The notes: a model not told the origin generated them from the letters alone. Numbered from the stretch's first letter, positions 38,324-48,695 are shown. The stretch: DNA of 64,000 bases from Candidatus Magasanikiibacteriota bacterium (GCA_023246755.1 JAHFHU010000003.1:3854-67853), one strand, 5' to 3'. Program-made: numbers and translations.

Positions 38324-38727
38324 TGGTGGAGATGCCGGGAATTGAACCCGGGTCGAAGAAAAAGGTCGCCCTCGGCCTACGTGTGTAGTCCGGTTAATTT
38401 TTACCTATGCGCGTCCATCAATCGGACGAAAAATACGCACACAGGAACTGTGTTGGTTTCGGTAACGTGCGCGACAGATAGCGCGCGACGAGACCTACAT
38501 TACTGTTTTATAACACCGCGCATCGGACCGTAATCGTCCGACGTCGATGGCATTACGTTCTTAGGCGAATGCTGGAACAAAAGTTGGTGCGAATGCGTTA
38601 GCAACCGCGGCTTTTGCACGTGCAAAAATATTTGCATCTGGGTTTTGCCCCGCGTTTTAACGAGAAACGAGACATTCCCGACACGCCCGTTCGAGTCTTC
38701 TTTCTCTCCTCGAAGCCTGTCATCCCC
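38324..38727 (-). ncRNA. ssrA: tmRNA (transfer-messenger RNA)
   Basis: Minus-strand 5' GGGGAUGACAGGCUUCGAGGAG... pairs with 3' ...GGGUUCAAUUCCCGGCAUCUCCACCA (tRNA-like domain, encoded CCA). Internal tag reading frame ...GCU AAC GCA UUC GCA CCA ACU UUU GUU CCA GCA UUC GCC UAA. smpB lies adjacent. Ends approximate. Confidence 0.8.
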
Positions 38728-38789
38728 ATATAAAATTGTCAACGGACAAAAATCTGACCCTCCAACCATACCGCAGTTTTTACAAAAAG

Positions 38790-39317
38790 TCAATCCTTTG
38801 AATCCGGCGGATTTTCAAACGGTAAATCAAGTGGATTATCGTAGGGGCGTGTTTCGTTGAAGTCAGGATTTTTATTTCTAACTATAGGCAAAGATGGTAA
38901 AGGAGTGTTTGCGCGCGCAAGCTGAACAGCAATTTCGCGTTCCAAGTTCGTCGGTCCCGCAGAATCTTCACGAAGTGTGTCTCGTTGATTTGCGTCATCG
39001 ATAATATTTTTTGCTGCTGTACGCAATCCAAGCACATCGGGAACGAGGTCGTGATTTTTTTGTGAAACCGCTGCACGAAACATCGTCTTGAGTGTTTCCG
39101 TATCAACATGAACAACGCCGTTGACAAGTTTCGTCGGGGCGCCTTGCATTGTTGGGTCACCTTCTTTGAATGGAACAATGACGTTAAGCAGCGACATGAC
39201 CTCGTGCATTGTAGTTTTATGGCTCATGTCTCTACGAAAAGTGTCCGCTAAAATACGCGTTTGATTAAACTCATCTTTTTTCGCCATATTTTTATTGCTT
39301 AAGCTCGCGTCGTGCAT
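38790..39317 (-). CDS. hypothetical protein
   Basis: ORF between ssrA and smpB on the same strand. Confidence 0.35.
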   Translation of the reverse strand: MHDASLSNKNMAKKDEFNQTRILADTFRRDMSHKTTMHEVMSLLNVIVPFKEGDPTMQGAPTKLVNGVVHVDTETLKTMFRAAVSQKNHDLVPDVLGLRTAAKNIIDDANQRDTLREDSAGPTNLEREIAVQLARANTPLPSLPIVRNKNPDFNETRPYDNPLDLPFENPPDSKD

Positions 39318-39741
39318 CGCGCGCGATGTCGCGTTGTTTTAAAATTTCTTTTTTCTCGTGCGTTTTGCGGCCGCGCGCGATTGCAACTTTCAATTTAATC
39401 AATCGGCCGCGCGTGTAAATTTGAAGTGGCACCAGCGTGAAGCCACGCGTTTCGAACGCATCAAACATTTTCATCAACTCCTTTTTGTTGACGAGCAATC
39501 GGCGTGTGCGATAGGGGTCGTACACGGCGAGTGCGCCGCCCGCCGCTTTTTCATATTTTGGAATAAACGCGTTGATCAAAACGAGTTCACCGCCGACGAT
39601 TTTCACAAACGCACCGCGTAATTTCATCTGCCCCGCGCGTATTGGTTTGACTTCCACGCCGAGCAATTCCAAACCGGCCTCAAATTCATTGAGGACATCA
39701 AAATCACGTCGCGCGGTTTTGTTTTCGGCTAAGGCTGGCAT
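39292..39741 (-). CDS. smpB: SsrA-binding protein
   Basis: GVEVKPIRAGQMKLRGAFVKI..AGGALAVYDPYRTRRLLVNKKEL..GFTLVPLQIY..LKVAIARGRKTHEKKE matches SmpB. Confidence 0.85.
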   Translation of the reverse strand: MPALAENKTARRDFDVLNEFEAGLELLGVEVKPIRAGQMKLRGAFVKIVGGELVLINAFIPKYEKAAGGALAVYDPYRTRRLLVNKKELMKMFDAFETRGFTLVPLQIYTRGRLIKLKVAIARGRKTHEKKEILKQRDIARDARRELKQ

Positions 39742-39788
39742 AGATAAATCAAAAAGAGTATACTGTATTTACCGCATTTCTCACAACT

Positions 39789-40808
39789 ATGGTCAACCAA
39801 CGCATCACCATCTCAACCGATTCAATCGTGCGTGTTTTTTTAATCGCGCTTGCGCTGTGGCTTGCCTATGCGGTGCGCGGAACACTTTTGCTCGTGCTGA
39901 TTTCCTTTATATTGGCGACCATAATGCAACCGCTCGTTTTGCGCGCGGAACAATATCGCATCCCGCGTTCGGTCAGTGTTTTGACGGTTTACGCTCTCGG
40001 ATTTTTGGTTTTTGCCGCGGTCGGTTGGGCGCTGATGCCGATTTTGTCGCAAGAGGTCACCCAAATCTCTCAAAATTTTGGTGATTATTGGAATAAAGTC
40101 GTCGCAATTTTGCCGCAAGCGCTCGGAAACAACATCAAACAAACGATGCAAACGAATATCACCTCGATTGCCGACGCAGCGCGGAGCGGTCTCGCGTTAA
40201 CCGTCACCGGCCTCGCCTCGACGCTCCACGGATTGATCAGTGTCATCGGTTCGGTGGTGATTATTTTAGTTCTTGCGTTTTACTTTGTTGTTGAAGAGCG
40301 CGCCATTAAAAAGGCGCTTGTTCGAATTTTACCGATCACACACGTGCCGTTTGCTGAACGCATGATCGTCAATTCACAATTTTGGCTCGGCGGTTGGGCG
40401 CGCGGACAAATCATCCTGTCGTTTCTTGTTGGCACGCTCGTGTTCATTTCGCTCACGGTTATCGGCGTTCCTTACGCGTTTGCGCTCGCCGCACTTGCCG
40501 GGCTCGTTGAATTTATTCCGTATGTCGGTCCGATCAGCTCTGCAGTTTTTGGAATTTTTTTTGCGCTCACCATCTCGCCAACAGTCGGGTTGATAACCGC
40601 AATCGCATACTACGTCATTCAGATTCTCGAAAATAATATTTTTATTCCGAAAGTCATGCAAAAAACTGCGGGTGTCAATCCCGTGCTTTCGTTCACCATG
40701 ATTTTGCTCGCATACGAAGCGCTTGGTGTCGTCGGCGTTTTTCTCGGCGTTCCAATCGCGTCGCTCATCATGGCGATCATGGATTCCCTCGAACCGCGCG
40801 CGCATTAA
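39789..40808 (+). CDS. AI-2E family transporter (PerM/UPF0118)
   Basis: Eight TM helices and the characteristic C-terminal region; 339 aa. Confidence 0.55.
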   Translation: MVNQRITISTDSIVRVFLIALALWLAYAVRGTLLLVLISFILATIMQPLVLRAEQYRIPRSVSVLTVYALGFLVFAAVGWALMPILSQEVTQISQNFGDYWNKVVAILPQALGNNIKQTMQTNITSIADAARSGLALTVTGLASTLHGLISVIGSVVIILVLAFYFVVEERAIKKALVRILPITHVPFAERMIVNSQFWLGGWARGQIILSFLVGTLVFISLTVIGVPYAFALAALAGLVEFIPYVGPISSAVFGIFFALTISPTVGLITAIAYYVIQILENNIFIPKVMQKTAGVNPVLSFTMILLAYEALGVVGVFLGVPIASLIMAIMDSLEPRAH

Positions 40809-40809
40809 T

Positions 40810-41349
40810 ATGAATCTCGAAAAAGCCAGAAAACCATTAACAGTGCTCGCGGTGCTCGTCAGCGCAACCGGTCTCGCACTTCTGGTCGATGGCCGAAAAG
40901 TTTTAATCGAAATTTGCGTTGTCGCGCTGGCGCTCACCGTTTTTTTTGTGTGGGCATGGATCCGCGCGTATCAAAATTTTTGGAAAATTCAGCGCGTGAT
41001 GGCCGCATTTTTTTTGTGGAGCGCAACATCTGCCGTGTTTGCGTTCCGCATGCTACATCTTGAATCCTTATATCTCATCATTTTTCTCGGCGCACTCGTC
41101 GCAATTTTTGTGGGATTGCTGTGGAGCCCGGTTCGCTTTCTCGGCGCACTCATCACATTCGAATGGTTTGTAATTTTTTTATTCGCGCCGGCAAGTTACG
41201 CGGTGCTCGGCGCGCTCACGACGACCTTTTCGATCGCAACGATGTGTATGTTTGATGCGACGAATACGCGTCGTGATATCATCAAACAACTGATCGGCGC
41301 CGCGCTCGTCGGCGCGATTTTCATTCTTGCTTTTAAATGGATGCTTTGA
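40810..41349 (+). CDS. hypothetical membrane protein
   Basis: Start at MNLEKARKP (ATG 40810) just after the upstream stop; 4-5 TM helices. Confidence 0.4.
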   Translation: MNLEKARKPLTVLAVLVSATGLALLVDGRKVLIEICVVALALTVFFVWAWIRAYQNFWKIQRVMAAFFLWSATSAVFAFRMLHLESLYLIIFLGALVAIFVGLLWSPVRFLGALITFEWFVIFLFAPASYAVLGALTTTFSIATMCMFDATNTRRDIIKQLIGAALVGAIFILAFKWML

Positions 41350-41355
41350 TTTTTT

Positions 41356-42408
41356 ATGACCATCCCTCCACACATTCCTCTCGAAAATGATGCGGCGCGT
41401 GAAATGTTGCGCACGGATCGTTCGCGTTTGATTTTCACCACGATTACGATTGTCGTTGCGGCGCTCAGCGGTTTTATCGCGAGTCTCGTCTACACCGCGT
41501 ATGGCCCGTCAACAGCGCCGATCACCTCAATCCAAACGCGTGTTGAAAAAACAGCGGTCGAAGCAATTGACGAGTCGCGAATAAAAAATACGCAAGAGGC
41601 GATCGCGACGTTCACGGGTGAGAAAACGGATCAGACACTTGCGTATGGTGTTGCGTTGACGGGGGATGGATGGTTTTTGGCGTCTGCCGCCGCGACAAAA
41701 ACGAAACATGCGCTGCTGCATCCACAAACGACGGGCGCGATTGAAAACGTCGTCAATGATCCCGCGTCCGGACTCGTATTCGTCAAAACAAATATTCAGA
41801 ACGCGCGACTCCTCGCGAGCGGCACGCTTGAAAATACGCCGCGCGGCTCGACGTTGTTTATCATTTTGCCGCACACCGCAATTCCCGTTACGTTGCAAGA
41901 CACGCACGTGTGCATAACCGATCGATGCCCAGCTGAGTATGGCGACAAAATTTCGTATGCAGCCGGCATCGTCGAATCGTTGCCACAATTTATGATCGAC
42001 GGCGCGCCGGTTATTTCCGGACAAGGGGATTTAGTTGGGATCGCGACACGCGCGGCGAACAACAGTGCGATCATCATGCCGCTCACGGAAGTGCGTTCGG
42101 TTTTTGCGTCCGTTTTTTCAAAAGGTGTCGCGACGCGCGTCGTGGCTCCGCTTCGCGTGGTTAATTTGACGCGGTGGTCGGTGTTTGACGCGGACAACCA
42201 TTTGCCTGAGCAGGGGATGCTTGTTGAAAGTGCGCCGGCCGCGACGCTGCTCAAAGAGGGCGATGTGATTACCGCGATTGAACATCAGCGCATCGAAGCC
42301 GACACCATGTTGTTTGACCTCGTCAACCAGTTACAATCGCGCGGCGCGGTGTCGATGACTGTTTTGCGCACGGGCGTTTCGATGGACATCGCGGTTCCGT
42401 TAAGGTAA
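41356..42408 (+). CDS. membrane-anchored protein with trypsin-like/PDZ-like features
   Basis: N-terminal TM; C-terminal GDVITAIEHQRI PDZ-like segment. Catalytic triad not confidently identified. Confidence 0.35.
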   Translation: MTIPPHIPLENDAAREMLRTDRSRLIFTTITIVVAALSGFIASLVYTAYGPSTAPITSIQTRVEKTAVEAIDESRIKNTQEAIATFTGEKTDQTLAYGVALTGDGWFLASAAATKTKHALLHPQTTGAIENVVNDPASGLVFVKTNIQNARLLASGTLENTPRGSTLFIILPHTAIPVTLQDTHVCITDRCPAEYGDKISYAAGIVESLPQFMIDGAPVISGQGDLVGIATRAANNSAIIMPLTEVRSVFASVFSKGVATRVVAPLRVVNLTRWSVFDADNHLPEQGMLVESAPAATLLKEGDVITAIEHQRIEADTMLFDLVNQLQSRGAVSMTVLRTGVSMDIAVPLR

Positions 42409-42417
42409 AATATTTTT

Positions 42418-42999
42418 ATGGCACATCGTTCGTTCGGCACCTCAATTTTTTTTGGCATCGTCGTCGGTTTGCTCGCGATGATTCTTGCGCCAATTGTTTC
42501 GCCGCTCAAGTACGGTGCGCAGGCGCGTGTGCTCGTGACCCCACACGCGATCCCCGGCGTTGACCCGTACACGAGCAGCAAGGCCGCGGAACGCATCGCG
42601 CAAAATGTTGCGCAGATTGTTGGGACGAGCGAATTTTTTAATCGGGTGATTTCGGTTTCGGTTGGTGTTGATGGGAATTATTTTCCAAAAGATGAGCTCA
42701 CGCGTCGCAAACTCTGGAATCAGACAATCGAGGCGAGTGTGGTGTACAACACCGGCATCTTGCAAATCACGGCGTATCATCCGGACAAGCAGCAGGCCGA
42801 GGCGATCGCGACCGCGGTCAGCTATGTTTTGACGCAGGCCGGCAACGATTTTGCGGTCAACGCAGCGGATTTTCGGTTGATCGACCGTGCGATTGGGTCA
42901 AAATATCCGAGCAAACCAAATTTCCCTGCGCTCGGCGTCGGCGGCTTTTTGGCAGGCACCGCGCTTTCCTTGCTCTATTTACGACCAAAAAAGCGTTAA
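42418..42999 (+). CDS. small bitopic membrane protein (Wzz/chain-length-determinant-like topology)
   Basis: TM helices at both ends flanking a ~140 aa soluble domain. Confidence 0.3.
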   Translation: MAHRSFGTSIFFGIVVGLLAMILAPIVSPLKYGAQARVLVTPHAIPGVDPYTSSKAAERIAQNVAQIVGTSEFFNRVISVSVGVDGNYFPKDELTRRKLWNQTIEASVVYNTGILQITAYHPDKQQAEAIATAVSYVLTQAGNDFAVNAADFRLIDRAIGSKYPSKPNFPALGVGGFLAGTALSLLYLRPKKR

Positions 43000-43262
43000 T
43001 TTGGATATAAAACAGTGTTTTTGAGCGGTTTCCTCTGTTGAGTTCTCGTGTCTGATGGGGACTTGACATTTTTTTCGTTATCTGATATGGTGGAGAGTCT
43101 TGAAGTGGCAATTGCAACGCCTGCGCCACCCAAGAGTTCGCGAACCTTCTGGTTTTCGAGCGTTTCAGCAGGCGGTTTACAAACTAGGTAGTTAAAATTG
43201 CATCGACGCGGCCCATGGTGGGTTGTTGCGATGTATCACGCCGAAAGGCAAAGGAAAAGGTC

Positions 43263-44048
43263 ATGAAGAAGGCAAGTGTCAAAAAAACTGCGCAGGTCGC
43301 TATTGAGGGAAAGTGCGATGGCGACGGCAACGGCGCGCCGATTTCGAAGGCAGGGTCGGATGAGGTTGCGGCTCCGGCTGTGGAATGGGTTATGCCGGTC
43401 AAGGTGGCCGACGTTGCTCCAGTCGCGGTCAATCCGGATGCGCAGCCAGCGGTCTTCAACTTCGACGATGGCTTCGCCGATGGCCCCGAGGCAAGGGGAG
43501 CCGCCCAAGAAGCGGAAGTTGCTCGGCGGATCGACGCGGCGCTCAATGATGGTCGCGCGGCTGGTTTGGCCGAAGGTCGGCGTTTGGCGGCTGCCAGCGT
43601 GGAATCGCCGACACCACCCAAGAAAAAGGATGGCGGTGACGATTCTCTTCCTGCTCCGGTGGCGGCGGCTCGTGCCCCAGCGGCTTCGACGCCGAGCGAC
43701 GATGATGGTGGTATGTGGCGCGTTATTGGCGCACTTGCGCTCATTGTGGCGCTGGTGGGTTTGATCTACTACAATTGGCCGAAAGACGGCCATGTGGTTG
43801 GCGGACCGCCACCGGCGCCGACGGCAGTTGCAAAGCCAGCACCGGCAACGGTGCCTGCGACTCCGGCTCCTGTGCCGGCATCCGCACCCGCTCCTTCGCC
43901 GGCGAGCGTTGAGGAAGAATTGGTTCTCGAGCACCTTGAGGTCGACCCGGACACGGGTTCCATCAAGAAGGTCTTGGAGACCAAACGTGGCAGCACTATC
44001 GTGAGCACCGCGGAAACCATCGTCTTCGCACCGAGCTACGCGCCCTAG
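43263..44048 (+). CDS. Ala/Pro-rich membrane protein
   Basis: Start ATG with AAGGAAAAGG RBS, central TM helix, PAPAT low-complexity tail. GC-rich block. Confidence 0.4.
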   Translation: MKKASVKKTAQVAIEGKCDGDGNGAPISKAGSDEVAAPAVEWVMPVKVADVAPVAVNPDAQPAVFNFDDGFADGPEARGAAQEAEVARRIDAALNDGRAAGLAEGRRLAAASVESPTPPKKKDGGDDSLPAPVAAARAPAASTPSDDDGGMWRVIGALALIVALVGLIYYNWPKDGHVVGGPPPAPTAVAKPAPATVPATPAPVPASAPAPSPASVEEELVLEHLEVDPDTGSIKKVLETKRGSTIVSTAETIVFAPSYAP

Positions 44049-44308
44049 TGAAGGTTGGGCGAATCAGGAAGTAGTGGACGGCGGCTGTTGCAACACAGCA
44101 TGCCGCCGTCCACGAAGTTTTTCTAGAACAGTCTTGTGCGCGTTAGGCAACGCTTAATCCGCAAAAGACTGTTCTGGACTGTGTGCCATGTTGGCGCGCG
44201 TTTCAGACAGTGTCCTTTCAAATTAGTTTTCCGGTTCGCGAGGCAAGGCTGCCAAGCAACCATCACCGTCCGCATTCTCGCGGACAAGCTAGGCCCAAGG
44301 AGGGCATC

Positions 44309-45307
44309 ATGAAGAGTTTCTTTTTGGCGGCCATTGCCGCGTTGTTTCTGGTTTCGTTCTCGTTCTCGGCGTTCGCGCAAACGGCTTCGCTGCCAAGTTC
44401 TGCAACGGCTACCATCGGCACTGTCGAACGCATCGTCAACGCCCGCGTGGCGCAGACCGATGCGGCCCTCATTGCCGCCCGCGCCGATGTCGACCGCAAG
44501 GCGGCGGCCGGTCAGCTCCTCATCGTTGCCGATTTCGCTCGCGTTCGCGCGGCGGCGGCGGCGGAGGCAAATGCTCGAGCTGATCGTGATCGAGTGCTGG
44601 GTAGCGACATCGCCAAACTGGCTCGCACTGGCAAGGCGACGCGCGCGCAGCTGACCGCTCTCATCGCAGACGTTAAAAAGATTGACGGTCTCGCGAAGGG
44701 CGACCACGAGCAACTTGGCGTTCTCGCTGGTCAGCTGACCGCTGTGGTTGTGGAGCAGACACGCCACGTCGAGCGAATGAATGGTATCGAAGTGCGGCAG
44801 GGCGTGACGGACCGCAACGTCACGATCGTGAACAGCAAAGTCGACGCGCTCGCTGCCAGTCTGTGGCAGAGCTCGTTCGACATCGGTATCTACTCAGGCC
44901 GCGGCATCGGCACATCGGAGACCGGTTTCAGTCTCGACTACGGCTCGTTGAGCCCGTCGGGAAATGGTTGGATCGCAGGCCTCTCGGTCGGCGCCGGTGA
45001 TCTGTTCAGCAGCCCGCATCCGACTTCGTTCCTCGCGCACGCGGGCGCGCAAGTGACCATGGGCAGCGTGCGCTCGCCGATTTTGTTCAACGCCGGCCTC
45101 TTTGGCGGCGCAGCGAGCAAGTCGTCCTTGTCACGTATGGCTGACACTGGCTTCGCAGTCGGTGGCGAGATCGCGTTGGTTGTGAAGCCGGCGGCGCTCT
45201 CGGGTCTCGGTTTCAAGCTGATGACCCAGCAAGTGTTCGGTCGGTACGAAGGTTTTGGGTTCTACGGAGCCCTGACGTTCGATCCGTCGAAGCTACCCGC
45301 GTTCTAG
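44309..45307 (+). CDS. secreted hypothetical protein
   Basis: Signal peptide MKSFFLAAIAALFLVSFSFSAFA; GC-rich block. Confidence 0.45.
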   Translation: MKSFFLAAIAALFLVSFSFSAFAQTASLPSSATATIGTVERIVNARVAQTDAALIAARADVDRKAAAGQLLIVADFARVRAAAAAEANARADRDRVLGSDIAKLARTGKATRAQLTALIADVKKIDGLAKGDHEQLGVLAGQLTAVVVEQTRHVERMNGIEVRQGVTDRNVTIVNSKVDALAASLWQSSFDIGIYSGRGIGTSETGFSLDYGSLSPSGNGWIAGLSVGAGDLFSSPHPTSFLAHAGAQVTMGSVRSPILFNAGLFGGAASKSSLSRMADTGFAVGGEIALVVKPAALSGLGFKLMTQQVFGRYEGFGFYGALTFDPSKLPAF

Positions 45308-45676
45308 TAGGTCGCACGCAACTGGTGCGGCCGTCCCTTGGGGCAAGAGTTGAGGAAGTGTGCACGACGTGCATGCGACCAAAAATTCTTGCCCCGAGGT
45401 GAGATTTTTTCCACAGGCACGTTACTTGACAACTGATTCAAGAAGAATGATAATGAACATCCAATTAAGTTCACCTTCTTGAGGACTGAAGTCGTCCGGC
45501 GAAGATCTGTTATGCTCCCTCCTTCATAACAGGTTTCTTGCCGGACGGCTCCAGTCCTTTGGTTATTCCGGACATACCGGAAGAATCAAAGCGGCTGCGG
45601 TTCACACACGCGCGGGGTGGCTGCCTCGTTGCGTTTTCGCCCACAGGGCATACCCCTGCGGGGGAAGGAGACAGCC

Positions 45677-46810
45677 ATGCGTAAGTTCCTTTCAATCATT
45701 TCAGGTTTCTTTTTCACGGCGGCGTGTCAAGGTGGCGCGTTGACTCATGACAATGGCGGTGAGCAGCAAGCGGCTCCGGCGGCGCAAGCCAACCCGACGA
45801 CCACCGGCCAGCAAGCGGCTCCGACATGCAGCTGTGCCATCAAGAGTCCTGGCGTCTACTGCCAAGTGGAGGGTGGCGGTGCGAATTTGCACTGTGAAGC
45901 CTTCACCGGCGGATGCGATAGCGCCGGTGCCTGCAAGAGCGACCCGGGCGCGAGCAAGTCGAGCGTTTGCCCGACGGGCCAAGTCTGGCAAGGTGCAACG
46001 AGCTGGGCCCCTGCGGCCAACGTGTTTGCATGCGCGGAATCAAAAACCGCTGCAGCGTCGCCAACGACAACGGTCGAGACTGCGTGCAAAGCAACGAGTC
46101 AGTGCCAGAAGGGCCTGAAGTTTTGCAGGTGCGCAGGCGAGATCGGCGGTCAATCGCTGAGCTGCATTACGCAGACCGGCGAGTGCGCCAAAGATGTGAT
46201 CGGCGAGTTCTGTGTCGCAAGTGCGGAAAGCGCAGAGTCGTGCGGTTCCAACATGGCGTGCAAAACGCAAGGCTGGTTACCCCTCGATGAGGCGTGTGTT
46301 CCACAGTGGAAGCCCGCGGTAACAACTGGCTGCAAAGCCAATGGTTGCCCCGCGGGTCAGACCTGCGGCAGCGACGACAAATGTTTCGCGCTGGCGCCGC
46401 CTACCGTGGGCACCGGCATCTGCGAAATCAAGACGCTGAGCGGCCTAGGCTTCACGGCCTATGGCAGCGGTGTTTCGTCCGTCGATGGCGCCGAAGCAGG
46501 TTGGTCTGCAGGCGTTGTCGCTCCGGCAAACGGCAGCGCCAAGTTGAGCGTGGGCAGCGCAAGCTACCTCGCGTTCAACGCCCAACTCAGCACCGGCCTT
46601 TGGGCCTACGGCTGGGACGGCGTATCGGCCAGCAACGCCACGAAGGTCGTAGACAACTGGCAGGTGAGCTGTGGCGGCATCAGTTATGTAAAGTTATTCG
46701 AGGGTCCGCAGCAGCCAAACTGCGCGGCGAACCTTGCTATCGGCAACGCCTGTTACTGGGCTAAGCCAAACACGACCGGCACATATCGTGTCGTCGTGCG
46801 CGTGAAGTAG
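45677..46810 (+). CDS. Cys-rich secreted lipoprotein
   Basis: Lipobox-like FFTAAC followed by many paired cysteines. Confidence 0.5.
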   Translation: MRKFLSIISGFFFTAACQGGALTHDNGGEQQAAPAAQANPTTTGQQAAPTCSCAIKSPGVYCQVEGGGANLHCEAFTGGCDSAGACKSDPGASKSSVCPTGQVWQGATSWAPAANVFACAESKTAAASPTTTVETACKATSQCQKGLKFCRCAGEIGGQSLSCITQTGECAKDVIGEFCVASAESAESCGSNMACKTQGWLPLDEACVPQWKPAVTTGCKANGCPAGQTCGSDDKCFALAPPTVGTGICEIKTLSGLGFTAYGSGVSSVDGAEAGWSAGVVAPANGSAKLSVGSASYLAFNAQLSTGLWAYGWDGVSASNATKVVDNWQVSCGGISYVKLFEGPQQPNCAANLAIGNACYWAKPNTTGTYRVVVRVK

Positions 46811-47069
46811 CGAATCGGCGTCCAACCGGATGCCAAGCGGTCATTATCCGTCGGCTGTGACTTTCTCTTCGAGAAGGTTGCAGTCGGCGGTGTTTTATTT
46901 TTATCCACAATTTAGCCAAAAAATGTGTCATTTTGCCTCTTGACAAAATTAGGACTTTCGTGATATTGTGCGCAGTCCGCTCTGTGTTCCCAAGAGTGTG
47001 ACGTCAACGTTGGGGAAACTAAACAGGTTTTTAATGGGCCATTTCGGCCCGCAAAAAAGGAGACCTGCC

Positions 47070-48695
47070 ATGGACAAGATCTTTACGGCGGCCATGGCGG
47101 CCGTCCTCGTTTCTTTCTTCGGTTGTTCGAGCGACATGATCGCACCGGCGAGTAGCGATGCCACGACGGGCGCAGCAGACGCAAAGGCCACTGCGGCAAT
47201 TGAGCAGCCTCCGGGTTGTGATATTGTCAAAAATGGTAGCGACTGCGTGGATTGGATTATTTCCGTCGACGGCCAATGTCACCGGTCCGTTAAATGTCAG
47301 CGCAAGGCTGATGTCGACGGCTCTCCGATTGACAAATGTGTCGTTACCGATAACGGTCAGGTTGGCACGGCGTGCGACGACAGCAATAAATGCACAACGG
47401 GCGACCAATGTGCAAATGTCGGCGCGTGCGTCGGCAAGTCGGTGGACTGCGACGACAAGAACGCGTGCACGACGGACAGTTGCGACAAGGCCAAAGGCTG
47501 CCTGCACGGGACGGTTGACACCGCCTGCAGCGACGGCGATGCGTGCACGTCGGGCGATAAATGCTTGGGCGGCGCGTGCGCCGGTGCCAAGATCGATTGC
47601 GACGACAAGAACGCCTGCACCAGCGACTCATGCGACCCGGCCAAGGGCTGCGTCAACGCTCACAACGCCAACGCGTGCACCGACGACAACGTCTGCACCG
47701 AGGGTGATGTCTGCAAAGATGGCGCCTGTGCGGCCGGCGCGGCGAAAAACTGCGACGACGGCAAGCAATGCGTCGACGATGCGTGCGACCCGATCAAGGG
47801 CTGCGCACACGTCAACGCCAAAGTCGGCGCGGCGTGCGACGACGGGATCGTAAAAACCGTCGGCGACATCTGCGACGGCGGCGGCAAGTGCATCGGCAAA
47901 ACTGCAACGGCCTGTGCGGCCAACGCAGATTGCGCCGGGCTCGAGGTCAACAAGTGTGCCAGCTACGTGTGCGATATCGGTTTGGGGCTGTGCAAGCCGC
48001 AACCCGCCGCGCTGACGGACGACGGCAATCCATGCACTCTCGAGGTGTGCAACCCGGTGGACGGGAGCACATTGCACACGGCGCTCGATGTGTCGTGCGA
48101 CGACAAGAACGTCTGCACGGTGGGCGACCTTTGCAAGAAGGGCGTCTGCACGGCGGGCGGCGCTACGATGCCGTGCGACGACAACAACGCGTGCACCACG
48201 GACAGCTGCGACAACATTGTCGGCGGCTGCGTCCACGCGACCCTCGCGTGCGACGACAAAAATCCGTACACCGACGACAGCTGCGAGCCCAAGTGGGGTT
48301 GTCAGTTTGTCGCGAAGCAAGCGACGGTCGCTTGTGAAGTCCCCAAAGACTTCATGGTCGGATTTGTTTTCACGGATTGTTCCGTTGAGACAAAATTCGG
48401 CAAGGCGGACGCCGCAACCGGAGCAAAGACTTTCGCTAACCCGATGGTTGGCAAGGTTGTGAAGCTCAGCCTCGAGCAGCTCTGCGCTGCGCTCGCGGGC
48501 GGTGCGGTGCTGGTCGTGAAGGCCACGGCGTACATGTCCGACGGCACGCCGATTTCCGGCGGCGGCGAGTTGTCGAGCGTGAGCATGCCCGACGGTAGCA
48601 AGGTTGAGGGTTCGTTCCAAGCGTGGAGCGGTACCGAAGCCGAGCGGATCGTTGGAAAGGCCGACATCGGCACGTTCTGTCCGCCGCTCAAGTAG
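47070..48695 (+). CDS. lipoprotein with Myxococcus-type cysteine-rich repeats
   Basis: Lipobox SFFGCSS. At least nine repeats of C-x-D-x-N-x-C-T-x-D-x-C-D-x-x-x-G-C (e.g. CDDKNACTTDSCDKAKGC). Confidence 0.55.
   Translation: MDKIFTAAMAAVLVSFFGCSSDMIAPASSDATTGAADAKATAAIEQPPGCDIVKNGSDCVDWIISVDGQCHRSVKCQRKADVDGSPIDKCVVTDNGQVGTACDDSNKCTTGDQCANVGACVGKSVDCDDKNACTTDSCDKAKGCLHGTVDTACSDGDACTSGDKCLGGACAGAKIDCDDKNACTSDSCDPAKGCVNAHNANACTDDNVCTEGDVCKDGACAAGAAKNCDDGKQCVDDACDPIKGCAHVNAKVGAACDDGIVKTVGDICDGGGKCIGKTATACAANADCAGLEVNKCASYVCDIGLGLCKPQPAALTDDGNPCTLEVCNPVDGSTLHTALDVSCDDKNVCTVGDLCKKGVCTAGGATMPCDDNNACTTDSCDNIVGGCVHATLACDDKNPYTDDSCEPKWGCQFVAKQATVACEVPKDFMVGFVFTDCSVETKFGKADAATGAKTFANPMVGKVVKLSLEQLCAALAGGAVLVVKATAYMSDGTPISGGGELSSVSMPDGSKVEGSFQAWSGTEAERIVGKADIGTFCPPLK

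Noticed and set aside
43236-48620. Many long antisense or overlapping ORFs in the 43-51 kb block (e.g. 43236..43934 -, 47158..47853 +, 47628..48620 -, 47768..48337 +)
   Set aside because: In GC-rich DNA stop codons are rare in all frames. These ORFs have Arg/Ala/Pro-rich nonsense composition and overlap well-supported Cys-repeat lipoprotein genes on the + strand.
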